Source: Octopus vulgaris (Eukaryota). Taken from it: DNA of 64,000 nucleotides. A program made the position numbers and the translations under genes. Of this stretch, positions 1 to 13,461 are shown one piece after another. The stretch lies in contig OX597837.1 in the NCBI GenBank assembly GCA_951406725.2, forward strand, positions 20,088,001-20,152,000, given 5' to 3'. Every line of letters starts with the position of its first letter. Position 1 is the first letter of the stretch. The notes under the pieces are model-generated. The model saw only the letters and a program-made list of their open reading frames with translations, made no database searches and was not told where the DNA came from.

Positions 1-42
1 CCTTAGGTTAATTTTAGTTTCTATCCCGTGCAGACTTTTACT

Positions 43-319
<277 letters not shown>

Positions 320-534
320 GTTTAAGAGACAGAACCACCTTCAAGCAACTCAAACATCATTGAACGACATTATCTATGATAGAGATATATAGGATTAAAT
401 ATTATCAACTTAATATCAGATTCATATACATTAGATAGACTACGAGTGTTTCATGACAATAAATCTATAGATATTGCTAAAGTATATATATATATACTTT
501 TCGGTGTATATATATGCTTGCTGACATAAACGTC

Positions 535-938
535 TTTTACATTTTACTTGACTGTGGCCATGCTGGGGCACCGTCTTGAAGAATTTCTAGTCGAACGAAT
601 CGACCCCAGTATTTAAATTTCTTAAAGCCCCGTATTTATTCTATCGAGTGTTTGCCGAAGCGCTAAGTTATAGCGACGTAAACATCAACATCGGCTGTCA
701 ATCTGCGGGATGGGGGAGGTGATAATCACAGACACAAAGATAGACACACATAGACATATATATGCATATATATACAATGGGCTTCTTACAGTTTCCTTCT
801 TCCAAATCCAGTCACGGGGTTTGCTTGCCCCAAGACTGGAGTACGAAACACTTGCCCATGATACCATGCAGTGGGACTGAACCTCGAACCATGTGGTTTG
901 GAAACAAGCATTTTACCACACAGGTACGCTTGTGCCTA
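535..938 (-). mobile_element. SINE family A (tRNA-derived, octopus OR-type), diverged copy
   Basis: Reverse complement matches the full-length copy at 56543-56967 (head, internal microsatellite, GGTGCCCCAGCATGGCCACAGTC tail). Confidence 0.85.
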
Positions 939-1081
939 CATGCATACATATTTTACTCACGTGTACATATGTGTTGGGTTGGAGTGAATGAGTGCTATGT
1001 ATACTCACACACTCTCCCACACACACACACGCGCGCACACACACTCACACACAGATGCTAAGAAAAATAAACCTACATATA

Positions 1082-1290
1082 CGTTCGTCCGTTGTTGACG
1101 ACGATGACCAAGGGCATCACATGGGAGAAGAAGACGGGGCACGGTGTGTCCGGCTGTGGACAATCGGTTCGATGCGTGCTTTGAAGGCTCTGCCGCAGAT
1201 CGAGCATTGGTTGTCTGTTGAGACTGAAGGCAAGGAGTTGACTCCGAACTTGCGTAGTTTTCGCTTTCTTTATGATCCTGCAATCTTGTT
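1082..1290 (-). mobile_element. RTE-clade LINE 3' end with C-terminal C2H2 zinc finger
   Basis: Minus-strand translation RKLRKFGVNSLPSVSTDNQCSICGRAFKARIEPIVHSRTH..* resembles the CxxCGRxFRARIGLxSHxRTH finger of RTE ORFs, followed by a short 3' UTR. Confidence 0.7.
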
Positions 1291-1309
1291 CTGTATATAC
1301 ATAAAAGAG

Positions 1310-1625
1310 TAAAGACCCCCTTCCTTCATGAATGACCATGGAATTGCACCTAGAAAATTCCCTTCTGAGGCACAAGTCTGAGCAAGGTCGTTTATGGAAG
1401 ACCAGCATTCGCCCATGTATACCACGACACCGATGTTATCCAAGAGAAAAACAAAAGCCGACATAGCTTGACGTCGCAACTCATTTCTACAGTTGAGTGA
1501 ACTAGAGCAACGTGAAATAAAGTGTCTTGCTCAAGAACACAGCACACCGCTTGTTCCGAAAATCGAACTCACTACCTCATGATTGTGAGACTGATGGTCT
1601 AACCACTGAACTATGCGCCTCCACG
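1310..1625 (-). mobile_element. SINE family C (tRNA-derived)
   Basis: tRNA-like head GTGGAGGCGCATAG..TGGTTAG..GAGTTCGATT and body TGTGTTCTTGAGCAAGACACTTTATTTCACGTTGCTC, shared with 5470-5800 and 61684-62005. The 3' tail differs. Confidence 0.8.
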
Positions 1626-1996
1626 TATGTACATATGTTTATGTACAAGCAGTCTTTTTCCGTGCTACGTAGGCAACCATATTGTGTGTTGCGTAAGTCT
1701 TAATAAACACACACAGGCAGCAACATCACAAAAGATGGTTCGGTCACAGCTGAGACGCCTTTAATTTTGTCTCTGCTCCATCTGTGCTTCCCTCTATTTC
1801 AGCATCAATAACATCGGCTGTAACAACCACATACCAATAAATATCTCAAAGAATCAAAGGGGATATTTAAAATCTAATACCAGACAATATGTTTGGAATA
1901 TTCCTTACAAAGGATGTCAGTATACTAGAAAACTTAAAACTGGAATTGATAAAGTCACAAAATGTGGAATGGTTGAGGAATTGAGAAGCGATAGAC

Positions 1997-2758
1997 CAGT
2001 GATTCTCAACTAACGTCCATATGACCCTTGGGAGACCATGTAAGTTTGTGTTGCTAAAGTTTATGTAGAAAAAATTGGTTACACTTCTACAATGAACAAA
2101 ATATTTTAACAATTATTTTAGACATTTGTTCTGGGTTGCAATGTTATTATCGGTACGAATAGGTTTGTTGCACGTTCGAACTGGGGAACAAGCTACTCAC
2201 TGCGTTTTGTCAGGGAAAGTATATCTTGCGTGTTGACAGTTGGTGTGTATGCACCCAGATCAGCTCGCAGCGCCACCTACCTTGACTGTGAGATGCTAAC
2301 GTTTCGGAGTAGTTATCTCCTCAACGGTTACAAACGCTAGGCAGACGACACTACGAGCTGAATTAAGCGATTGCCTCTCCTGTGCTTTTCCAGTCACCGT
2401 ACGATGACTGGTAGCGCTGTACGGCGGCTCACCGTAAGGAAATTACGGAGGGGAAGCGCTAAGCAGTAATACGTAAGATTTCGATGTTAATTTGTTCTGG
2501 AGGTTTTGGCCCATTACACCCTCCTGCTCCACTGCTTCCCTCTCTCCACCCCTAAAAACTTTTTTCTGTTTTTTGTTTGTTATTAAATTGTGCTACGATA
2601 AAGTTTTTCAATCCCTCCACTTCACCAAAAGAAATTCCTAATAATATTTAATTATAAAAATATAACAGCATTTTTAAAACATTAAATGTCTAGGAGGGTT
2701 CATCTGAGGAAAATAGGAATTAAGGGGTCCATATATGAAAAATGGTTGAAAATCACTG
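1997..2758. mobile_element. hAT/Charlie-type MITE carrying an internal insertion
   Basis: TIRs CAGTGATTCTCAAC / GTTGAAAATCACTG. Imperfect 8-bp TSD cgatagac/tgatacac. Related to 56230-57224. Confidence 0.75.
2135..2489 (-). mobile_element. structured 355-bp retro-insertion (retrozyme-like candidate)
   Basis: Perfect 11-bp direct repeat ATTTGTTCTGG at 2124-2134 and 2490-2500. Several hairpins and a degenerate hammerhead-like motif on the minus strand. Confidence 0.55.
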
Positions 2759-2831
2759 TGATACACGAAAGGGACATCAACCGAGAGTCTACTTGGAAAT
2801 CAATAATGTACACTCACTACTAATTGATACA

Positions 2832-4106
2832 TTAGGTTGTTCCAAATGTAATGACCGATTTCAGGAATATAATTTTATTTTGGAAAAATTAACAATAAAA
2901 ATGTTTTTTGATTAGTCAAAGTATGAGCCGTGAACATCTATGCACCTCTTCCATCGATCAACGAAATTATTTATACCTGTTGATAAAAACTTACTGGCTT
3001 TGATGCTAAGAAATCTTTGAAAGATGATTCCGCTTCTAGTTTGGGTCTGAAAATTTTATCACTTAAAAACGTGTTTAAATGATTTAAAATATGGTAGTCA
3101 GTGGGTGAAAGATCAGGTGAATATGGAGGATGTGGTAAAATCTCGTATCCCAAGTCTGTGAGTTTTTGCAACGCCATTCTTTAAACATGTGACTTTGAAT
3201 TATCGTGAAGCAGAATTGGGCCAAGCGGTTTCATCAATGCAGGTCTCATTTTTTGCAAGTGAGAATGCATTTCAGCGAGTTGGTTGCAGTAAACCTCTGC
3301 TGTAATGCTCTGATTGGTTTCCAGCAGCTGTAATAGACGACACCAATTGCAGACTACCAGACAGTCCCCATAAACTTTTGCTGATGCAACTTTGGCTTTG
3401 GGAAATGTCTGGATGACTCATCACGATCAAGTCATTAACCTGATCGTTTACGGTTATCATAAAGGATTCACTTTTCGTCACAAGTGACTATTCGGTCAAG
3501 AAAAGAATCCTTGCTGTTTCTCAGAAAGAGCATCGAGCACACTTCAAAACGCCGAACTTTTTGATTTTCATTGAGCTAATGCGGTACTCAATTATCGAGC
3601 TTTTTCACCATACCAATCTTTTGCAGATAACGTGAGACCGTTGCAATACCAACACCAAGTGCTTGAGACATTTCTCTGCAACTTTGATGTGGGTTCTGCT
3701 CAACAATTGCTTCCAATTGTTTATTGTCAAGACTGCATGACCGTCCTCTACCTTCTTCATCTTCAAGGCTCTCATCACCACTACGGAATTTCTGTGCGAT
3801 CGTACTGTGCAATCACTTGTGGACTCCTCTCCCCGTGCTCTGTTGATATTGGCAGCAGTTTGGGAGGAATTATGCCCAAGCTTGAACACATGCAAGAAAA
3901 GTAAACGAAGGTCCTTTCTTGTCATGTTCATAATTAAGGGCGTCTATGCTTCAAGAATGTTTTCTGTCTGAAATAAGTAGAAAATTATTAAAGAGCATAC
4001 ATCAATTATTAAGTCGAAATTCACCTAAAATACAATTAAAATACTGTGAAAAATTACGTTTGAAAACACAACACTTAGAGCGGCGATTATTTTCGAAACA
4101 GCCTAA
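2832..4106 (-). mobile_element. full-length decayed mariner element (Hsmar1/cecropia-like)
   Basis: Imperfect TIRs TTAGGTTGTTCCAAATGTAATGACCG / rc TTAGGCTGTTTCGAAAATAATCGCCG, with a TA flank on the right. Encloses a transposase pseudogene. Confidence 0.9.
2912..3931 (-). pseudogene. mariner DD34D transposase, frameshifted
   Basis: N-terminal HTH (LFLHVFKLGHNSSQTAANINRA), SGDESLEDEEGRGR, WVPH, HPPYSPDLSPTDY and C-terminal RWKRCIDVHGSYFD*. Confidence 0.92.
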
Positions 4107-4699
4107 TAAAAGAGGTCAGAGAATCTTCTGATAACAGATCAATCTTGGGCGTAGCTTCTGGATAACACAAAGAATCGATACAGTTTTTACTTGTAGCAGA
4201 TGAAAACCTGGTGCTGGCTATTTGACACAACTAGTAGTAGTCTAAAGGAAAGTACAGGTGGTAGTGTGAGATCAGTCATTAGTCATAGGATACTATAAAA
4301 CATCAATAAAGAGCTAACTAGTATCAATGCAACTAGTATCGACCAACAGATTTCTTATTTGTTACAACACAAGACCAAATATTCATTACTGTTTGTCACA
4401 AGTGACCAGCCTGATGTACAGTGGTAGACCAAGATTAAGCACTGGCTACTGGACACTACAGTGAACCAGTAATGATCTACAGTGATCAGACTAAAATTAA
4501 ACCTTCTTTACTAGTTAGTACTATGGACAAATACGACATGTATTGACACACAAAGATCAAATACTGACTACTAAACACCATAAAAGACTAACAGAAGTTT
4601 CCTGGCGACGAGACACGTTCAAACACTAAATGGTACATACTGTCAAAGATTCATTAAAGAGTCTACAGGTAGCAAATCAAGTGCGGTCACCGGCTAAAA

Positions 4700-5345
4700 G
4701 TTGACACAAAGCAAACATACTGAAACCTACTTTCACATCGATGGACAGAGACAAACTCTTTGCTTCGATTGAAGAACATGTAGAACTGCGAGAAATGAGT
4801 GAATCAAAAATGAATTCGATTGAAGATTTTAGGTATCGTGGTAGTTTGATAAATAACTTCGATGTTGACATCAAAGTTAGAACAGCACACGCTAACAAAC
4901 TAAAGAGAATGTGGAAGTCGTGACTGTTAAGAGGAACAAAAATTAGACAATCCTTTGCCACTGTTTTGTCAGTGCTCTTGTATGGCAGCGAAACGTGGAC
5001 CAAACAGGCAAAGTGGTTGCTACAGAAGGGTGTTACGAATGGCCCTTGCTACAAAATAACATCAGGACATGATCAATAAGCATTTCTTTGGAAGCGTTCC
5101 AAACGTGACCAACGAGATCAGAGAACGACGTCTCTGCATATAATGAATAGGAGAATCAAATCTTGTGTTCTGGGACCCACAGCATAATACCGGCAAACGT
5201 GAAAGATGTCATCTAACATTTATCGACAACTTGGAGGATGCAGGATGGGATTCCATCCTCGAACTGAAGGTGACGATAATGGACTGGGAATGCTTGGCAG
5301 CATGGTTTTGTCTTTGAAGACCGAGGGAGAACCCAACCAAAGAAA
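4700..5345 (+). mobile_element. RTE-clade LINE, decayed thumb/C-terminal region
   Basis: IEDFRYRGS..DIKVR..KLKRMWKS..VLSVLLYGSETWT motifs typical of RTE ORF2. Confidence 0.8.
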
Positions 5346-5469
5346 AATAAGAACTGAGATAATTTAAAAGTTTTGTTTCTTGGTTTAGCAGAAAAAGAGG
5401 CCACTGGTGGTGCCTGTATGCACACGGCCCTCTTCTCCACTGCTTATCTGATATTCTATTCAGTCGGTA

Positions 5470-5800
5470 GTGGAGGCACGTGGCCTAGTGGTTAGGGTAA
5501 TCGGCTCACCATCGTAAGGTCGTGAGTTCGATTCCGTGCGAGTGTTGTGCCCTTGGGCAAGAAACTTTTATTTCACATTGCTCCAGTCCACTCAGCTGGC
5601 AGAACTGAATTGTACCTGTAATTCAAAGGGCTAGCCTTGTCCTCCCCCCCCCCGCGTGTGGTGCTGGGTCTCCCTGAGAACTACGTTGAAGGTACACGTG
5701 ATTGTGGAGTGCTCAGCCATTTGTATGTTAATTTCATGCAGAGGCTGTTCTTTTGACCGGATCAACTGGATCCCTCGTGATCGTAACCGACAGAGTGCCA
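5470..5800 (+). mobile_element. SINE family C, near full length
   Basis: A-box TGGCCTAGTGG and B-box GAGTTCGATTCC. Body and tail are colinear with 61684-62005. Confidence 0.85.
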
Positions 5801-5976
5801 GTTAGTTGGTTATCAGTCGGCATTCGGCGCATCCCTCAGTAAAAACAATCAAATAAATACCTGGAATGTTTGTATTGATCCCACGGAAGGATGTCTGAGG
5901 GATGCAGCACAAATTAGCATAAACAATTCTCTGATGGTGCAAACAGAGAAAATAGAACTCAAAATATGAGTATATA

Positions 5977-6408
5977 CTCTTTTACTCTTTACTCTTTTAC
6001 TCTTGTACTTGTTTCAGTCATTTGACTGCGGCCATGCTGGAGCACCGCCATTTACTCGAGCAAATCGACCCCGGGACTTATTCTTTGTAAGCCCAGTACT
6101 TATTCTATCGGTCTTCTCTTTTGCCGAACCGCTAAGTTACGGGGACGTAAACACACCAGCATCGGTTGTCAAGCAATGCTAGGGGGACAAACACAGACAC
6201 ACAAACACATATACACACATACATATACATATATATACATATATACGACACGCTTCTTTCAGTTTCCGTCTACCAAATCCACTCACAAGGTATTGGTCGG
6301 CCCGGGGCTATAGCAGAAGACACTTGCCCAAGATGCCACGCAGTGGGACTGAACCCGGAACCATGTGGTTGGTTAGCAAGCTACTTACCTCACAGCCACT
6401 CCTGCGCT
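5977..6408 (-). mobile_element. SINE family A, young full-length copy
   Basis: Near-identical to 56543-56967, with a (AAAAGAGT)n-type tail. Splits a Penelope-like fragment (5930-5976 / 6425-6560) homologous to 50085-50185. Confidence 0.92.
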
Positions 6409-6654
6409 TATATATATATATATATATTATTAATATTTAGCAGAAACAACAAAGTGACTCAAGGACCGACAGTTTCGTTTGCTGATATCTAGTTTGATAA
6501 GTGCCAATGCACGAACTCTCGATATAAATATAAACAGTTCTAGAAATGACACAGAACCATTATAAAAGCAGAGATACTGGTGTAAATATATTTAGGAAAT
6601 GGGGTCAGAGTGATTTAGAGATTCAAACATATACGGAATGGAAATGCATGAAGT

Positions 6655-6729
<75 letters not shown>

Positions 6730-6739
6730 ACAGTGATCC

Positions 6740-6950
6740 CCGATCATGTCATAGACCTTAATATATATCAGCCTCCATACTTCCTAGATAATGAAAAAGT
6801 CAGCGGATATCTATCGATCAGGTTCGCATGACGTATGTCCATGGACTTATGTGGGACACAGGACTGTGTACTGTCACAGAGTTAGCACGCAAATTGTCAT
6901 CTGGCACAGCATGGAGGGAAATTGGCTCTCGAGATGGAGTTGATGTCCAC
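6740..6950 (+). mobile_element. RTE LINE C-terminal remnant
   Basis: RMTYVHGLMWDTGLCTVTELARK..AWR resembles the RTE TYxDxLxxDTG..EL..WR terminal motif. Confidence 0.5.
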
Positions 6951-6983
6951 GAGCGATATGGTGTAGACTAAGGCTATCTGTTC

Positions 6984-7101
<118 letters not shown>

Positions 7102-7102
7102 A

Positions 7103-7184
<82 letters not shown>

Positions 7185-7516
7185 CATGTGTGCGTGTGTG
7201 TGTGTGTGTATAAAAAATAGACTTGTGTATGTGTGTGTATTCACTTTTTACGCGAAAACGCTTGCGTGAATTGCTTCCATACTTGGGATGCGTGAATAAT
7301 TTGATCTCGGATACATAATAATTTAATAATAATTTAATATTCATTTAATTCTTTTTTTTTTTTGCTATTAAAAATAAATAATATTGCTTTATACATATGA
7401 TTCATTTCTTTGAAAAGGTTTCTCAATGTCAAGTTCCGGTATTGACGTAGCAACGGCGAGATTTTCCGTTTTCGTTTGCAAAACTTCTCATTCTCTAGTT
7501 TAATGTTTTCATTTCA

Positions 7517-8012
<496 letters not shown>

Positions 8013-8018
8013 TTATTA

Positions 8019-8065
<47 letters not shown>

Positions 8066-8604
8066 GAGTGAGAGAGCAGTGCATGCCATCAAAGTGACCC
8101 TGGGGTAAAATATACGAAGCCCAGTATACCCATCATGACTACCCGTCTGATAAGGATACACCAGGCACATGCATCACAACCATATGTGCGCGACATGGTG
8201 ATCTCATATCAAGATAAACAGCACATGACCTTGCAGGTGGGGCCCAGTTAGAATTTTCTTCCGGTCGAGTAACCCATCCCGCTCAAAAGGTCCTTGAATA
8301 AGGGTTGTTTAAGGATGTTGAACGAAACACCCATGTTTCCAAAGGTGAATTATTCAAACCCCAAAGAATCCCTCTCAACACATGGCTATGATGCTCCCCC
8401 ACTACTTCTGCTCGTGATCAGAGATGCACATATCATCAGCCACTAAGAGACATGCTCAACTGGTTAAGGTCAAACAACTGACAAGCAAATCTGTGGTATT
8501 GAGCAGAATATTTGCTGTAGCCCATCTTTTATACCAAGACAAAACAATGTACATGATAACACTTCCAATCAGCTAAGATCAGAAGCCATGAGAGCCACTG
8601 CCTG

Positions 8605-8607
<3 letters not shown>
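8066..8607 (-). mobile_element. 3' UTR of a (TAA)n-inserted non-LTR element
   Basis: Flanked on both sides by (ATT)n, no ORF seen. Homologous diverged copy at 18270-18700. Confidence 0.6.
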
Positions 8608-8671
<64 letters not shown>

Positions 8672-8852
8672 CTCTTTTGTATTATGAATTCAGAATTGAT
8701 TTCCCTTTTGAAGAATAAATTCAATTTAGAATTACAAATTTTTATGCAAAATATTTTACTTTTTTCTTCCAATATATAAGGAACAATTTCATTCCTGGGC
8801 AACGCCGGGTGCCTCTGCTAGTGTATATATACACATACACACACACAAACAA

Positions 8853-8902
<50 letters not shown>

Positions 8903-8946
8903 CCATACTCACCCACACACATATGTATACAAAACATGTATGTATG

Positions 8947-8977
<31 letters not shown>

Positions 8978-9424
8978 ATGTGCAGATTTGTATATTTTGT
9001 TTCGTGTATTTATTCTCATGCATATAGTTGCATATTTAGACATGCTCATATTTAACAGTTAAATAAATCAGTTTCCAATACATAACTCCAAGAGAAATGA
9101 GTTTTTGTAGTTACGGTTTTGCAGCTAGAAACCTGTTGAGTGGTTCTTTCCATTCTGTCCCTCGATTGCGTTGTTGCTGATGTTGTCTGCAGCCATGTTG
9201 ATTGTAGGAACTCTCTGCATGCTAAATTCAAGTTTCAGTCGAAAATCACTACGATCGTGAATAAAAGGCTCCCTCAGCCAATTCATTGAAAGATTAACCA
9301 GTTATTTAACAGGGCTGATAGATGTAGCTTCAAAGTTGCAGATAGTATTCATCGTATTTTCGATAAATACTCTCCCGCACCAAATACGTAAATTTTTGTT
9401 TTATATATATATATATATATATAT

Positions 9425-9920
9425 AAGAGATTAAGAGTCTATTCTTTAGAGCGTAGGCGAGAAAGATATGCCATAATGTACATCTGGAAGATCCTGGAAG
9501 GACTTTCCCAAACTTTGGCATCGAGAGTTACACAAATACTAGAACTGGGCGCCACTGCATAGTGCCAAGGACTCCAAATTTGCCATCAAGATGTAGGACA
9601 ATATACTGTGATAGTCTGGGCTTCAGAGGTCCACAGCTCTTCAATATCCTCCCGAAGGACTTGAGAGACCTGCATAGGGTGGATGCAGATGTCTTTAAAA
9701 TAAAGCTAGACCTCTTCCTGTCAGGTGCCTCAGATGAACCAACTTCATGGCAGGGGGTGCAGATGAGGGCAGCTGCATCAAACTCTCTCATGCACCAAAT
9801 GTCAATTGCTAAAAAGCATTCGTGAAGTAAAATCATGTAGCAACACCGAATGGCGGTGCCTCAGCATGGCCTCAGCTCGTGAGCTGAAACTAGATAAAAT
9901 AAAAAATAAATAAAATAAAA
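9425..9920 (+). mobile_element. CR1/Jockey-group LINE 3' end
   Basis: LERRRERYAIMYIWKILEG..RGPQLFNILPKDLR..FKIKLDLFL..AAASNSL, stop codon, 3' stem-loop and A-rich tail. Confidence 0.85.
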
Positions 9921-9926
9921 TATATA

Positions 9927-10193
9927 TACAGTGTACATTTAAACACATAAGAGGTATCCGTCGTAGGATTCCTGGCATACTAGAAGGAACAGCTAAAATC
10001 AATCCAAACCACTATTAGGGATAATCTTCGAAGGGAATGGAAGATAAAAACATTTACCATCTATCTGTTTTTATTTTTCATTTTTCATTCCCTTCGAAGT
10101 TTATTCCTAATAGTGGTTTGGATTTTGGCTATTCCTTCTAGCGTGCCAGGAATCCTACGACGGATAGCGTTTATGGCTTAAATGTACACTGTA
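9927..10193. mobile_element. Tc1/mariner-type fold-back MITE
   Basis: TA-CAGTGTACATTTAA...TTAAATGTACACTG-TA with about 120-bp imperfect inverted arms. Confidence 0.8.
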
Positions 10194-10470
10194 TTTTATA
10201 TGAATAATATATAGTCTATTGGCTAATTTTTCTACATGCTAGGCCACTGGTAGTAAAAATTTCTAAAATTTTTATTACCCTGATATTATTAATTATATAT
10301 ATATATGTATATGGATGGATGGGTGGATGGATTGTGTATATTTCAGGACTCTTTCTTTGCACACCCTCTTTCATGACATCAGCTCCTTGTTGATTGGCTG
10401 ACGACATGAAACAAACTCATTATGAATGATGCCCTTCTAATAATTGAAAAATAATAATATTGCTCTCACA

Positions 10471-10888
10471 TAGGCGCAGGCATGGCTGTGTGGTAAGAAG
10501 CTTGCTTCCCAGCCACATGGTTCCGGGTTCAGTCCCACTGCGTAGCACTTAGGCAATGTCTTCTACTATAGCGCCAGGCCGACCAAAACCTTGTGAGTGA
10601 ATTTGGTAGACGGAAACTGAAAGAAGCCCGTCGTACATATATGTATATGGGGGCTATATTTATGTGTGTGGTATTGTGTCTGTGTTTGCCTCCCCCATCA
10701 TCGCTTGACAACCGATGCTGGTGTGTTTACGTCTCCGTAACATTGCGGTTCGGCAAAAGAGAACGATAGAATATGTACTAGGCTTTACAAAGAATAAGTC
10801 TTGAGGTCGATTTGTTAGAATAAAGACTCTCCAAAACGGTGCCCCAGCGTGGCCGCAGTCAAATGGCTGAAATAAATAAAAGAATAAA
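10471..10888 (+). mobile_element. SINE family A full-length copy
   Basis: Colinear with 56543-56967. Confidence 0.9.
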
Positions 10889-10899
10889 TGAATAATCTT

Positions 10900-11100
10900 A
10901 TTTGAGCAACTCTAGCAGCTTTCTTTGAAGAGAATTGAACTCACTTCGATGGCTACAAGACTTTATTGTGTCATTCTGGTCACAAACCTGTTTTGTTATC
11001 TGTGACGATGGTTTGAAGGAAGATTTTCATCAACTTTCGAACGATCAAACAATTCGTGGCTGGGAATCTCAATTTTTGTTCACCTGTGAACACTGTGAAC
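10900..11100 (-). pseudogene. mariner transposase fragment
   Basis: Minus-strand TGEQKLR..LQTIVTDNKT resembles the decayed IVTGDETW region. Confidence 0.5.
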
Positions 11101-11119
11101 ATTGTGAGTTCGTTGAGCG

Positions 11120-11180
11120 CGATGAACACGGTGATCACGATGAACACGGTGATCATAATGAACACGATGAACACGATCAA
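11120..11180. repeat. 18-bp minisatellite (GATGAACACGGTGATCAC-like)
   Basis: About 3 units directly visible. Confidence 0.7.
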
Positions 11181-11224
11181 TAAAATTATAAATTTATGTT
11201 ATTCTGATATACATACATACATAC

Positions 11225-11266
<42 letters not shown>

Positions 11267-11293
11267 AAATATATGTATATATATATGTATGTA

Positions 11294-11340
<47 letters not shown>

Positions 11341-11345
11341 ATATG

Positions 11346-11665
<320 letters not shown>

Positions 11666-11995
11666 TTTGCTGGTGGTGATCAAGAGATCACATGTTGTAT
11701 GTACATACATAGACTGACAATTTAGTTTGTTCCACGTTCGATTCAGTTGGGACGTGGTGTCGATAAGCAATTAAAATGGCGAAATATCGGTATCCATCAC
11801 CCTTGAATGGAATCTGGGATGAGTTGTCTCACCTGTCTATGACTTGCAGGTATTATAACACTCAGTGTAACGATGGAGTAGTCCCTCAATCGCTTTACCG
11901 CAGCGTACCGGTAAACAAACAAAACACATCCGTTAAGTTGGTGTGGTTTATAATATATGCATGTATGTATGTATATGTGTATGTATGTATATATG

Positions 11996-12086
<91 letters not shown>

Positions 12087-12427
12087 CTGTGTGTGTGTGT
12101 ATTTTTCCCTTCTTATCTTCGAAACATGTGTCGGAAGTAAAAGAATTTGAATAACACCTGCGTTGAACTCCATTTATAAATATATATATATATATAAGAC
12201 TTTACAGACGTATTTAATTTTAGGTAATATGTACTCTAGGTCACTCGTAGCTTAATCATTTCCCAGGAAGAAAATGTGAGAAATATTTATTTTAACACGC
12301 ACGCATACACATAAATCCATATACACAGGCATACCACACATACACACAAATACACACACATTCAGACACACATGCACACACGCAAACACACACTCAAACA
12401 CACCCACACAAATATTTGCACTCCCAC

Positions 12428-12530
<103 letters not shown>

Positions 12531-13273
12531 AAATAATGAACATCGTTCTATTAAAAGAGTAGTAGAATGATTCCATTTTTGGCGCATCCTCGCAGAAGGC
12601 AAAAAAAAAGAACTTCTGTAATTTGAAGTTTGCTAACAAATATCGAGAAATCAAAAGTGAGTGGAATGGAATTTGAATGGTTAGAAAGAAAGAGCGGCTC
12701 ACCCGCCACGGAATGTTACCTTGTACACTTTTGATAAAAGGGGAATTGCACACGAATAGAAAAAAGAAAAAGAAAATGTCGAAAAATAGCAAGAGACGAA
12801 ACAAATATCGCAGAATGACGAAAGATTAATCAGTATAAGAGTATAACTCTGCAGAAAGAAATGTCTAACAGCTTAGATATTTGGGAAAGAAAATACACAA
12901 AGAAAACAAAGAGCAGAGAAAAATGTCTTGGATTGCTACTAAGCTCTAAGATAGTTTCCAAGGAAAACGTATTCTACCATTAACATATTGGAAGCAAATA
13001 ATACAATGGAGAAGGAGAGTATGGAAGAAATTAAGAATAAAGATAGATTGACTTTATTGTAAACAAGAATTCATATTTATGAAGTCAATATTTATTTTTG
13101 TTCTTCGGGTTTTTTTTGTTTTCATTTTTATAGTTTATTGTTTAGTATTTTGTTTTTATTTTATTTTATTATTTGTAAATCAAATTTAACGTTCGTTAAA
13201 CCTTAGGATTGAACGACGAATATACTACATATTTATATTTTTCTATCAAAGAGGAACGTTAAAAACTGTATAC

Positions 13274-13361
<88 letters not shown>

Positions 13362-13429
13362 ATGTATGTATGTATGTATATGTATATATATGTATACATA
13401 TATATATATATATATATATATATGTATAC

Positions 13430-13461
<32 letters not shown>

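Noticed and set aside
4115-4680. Faint internal repetition (ACTGGCTACTGGACAC / GATCTACAGTG-like motifs)
   Set aside because: Period and consensus could not be established by eye.
6484-6527. Hammerhead-like UUGAUAA-GUGC(caau)GCAC-GAA motif (related sequence at 50150-50182)
   Set aside because: Stem III and the cleavage site are disrupted in both copies. Not supportable as an intact ribozyme.
10369-10411. Small hairpin TTTCATG..TCAGC/GCTGA..CATGAAA (similar 11-bp inverted repeat at 5829-5905)
   Set aside because: Short and isolated. Not distinguishable from chance or MITE debris, and no known miRNA recognised.
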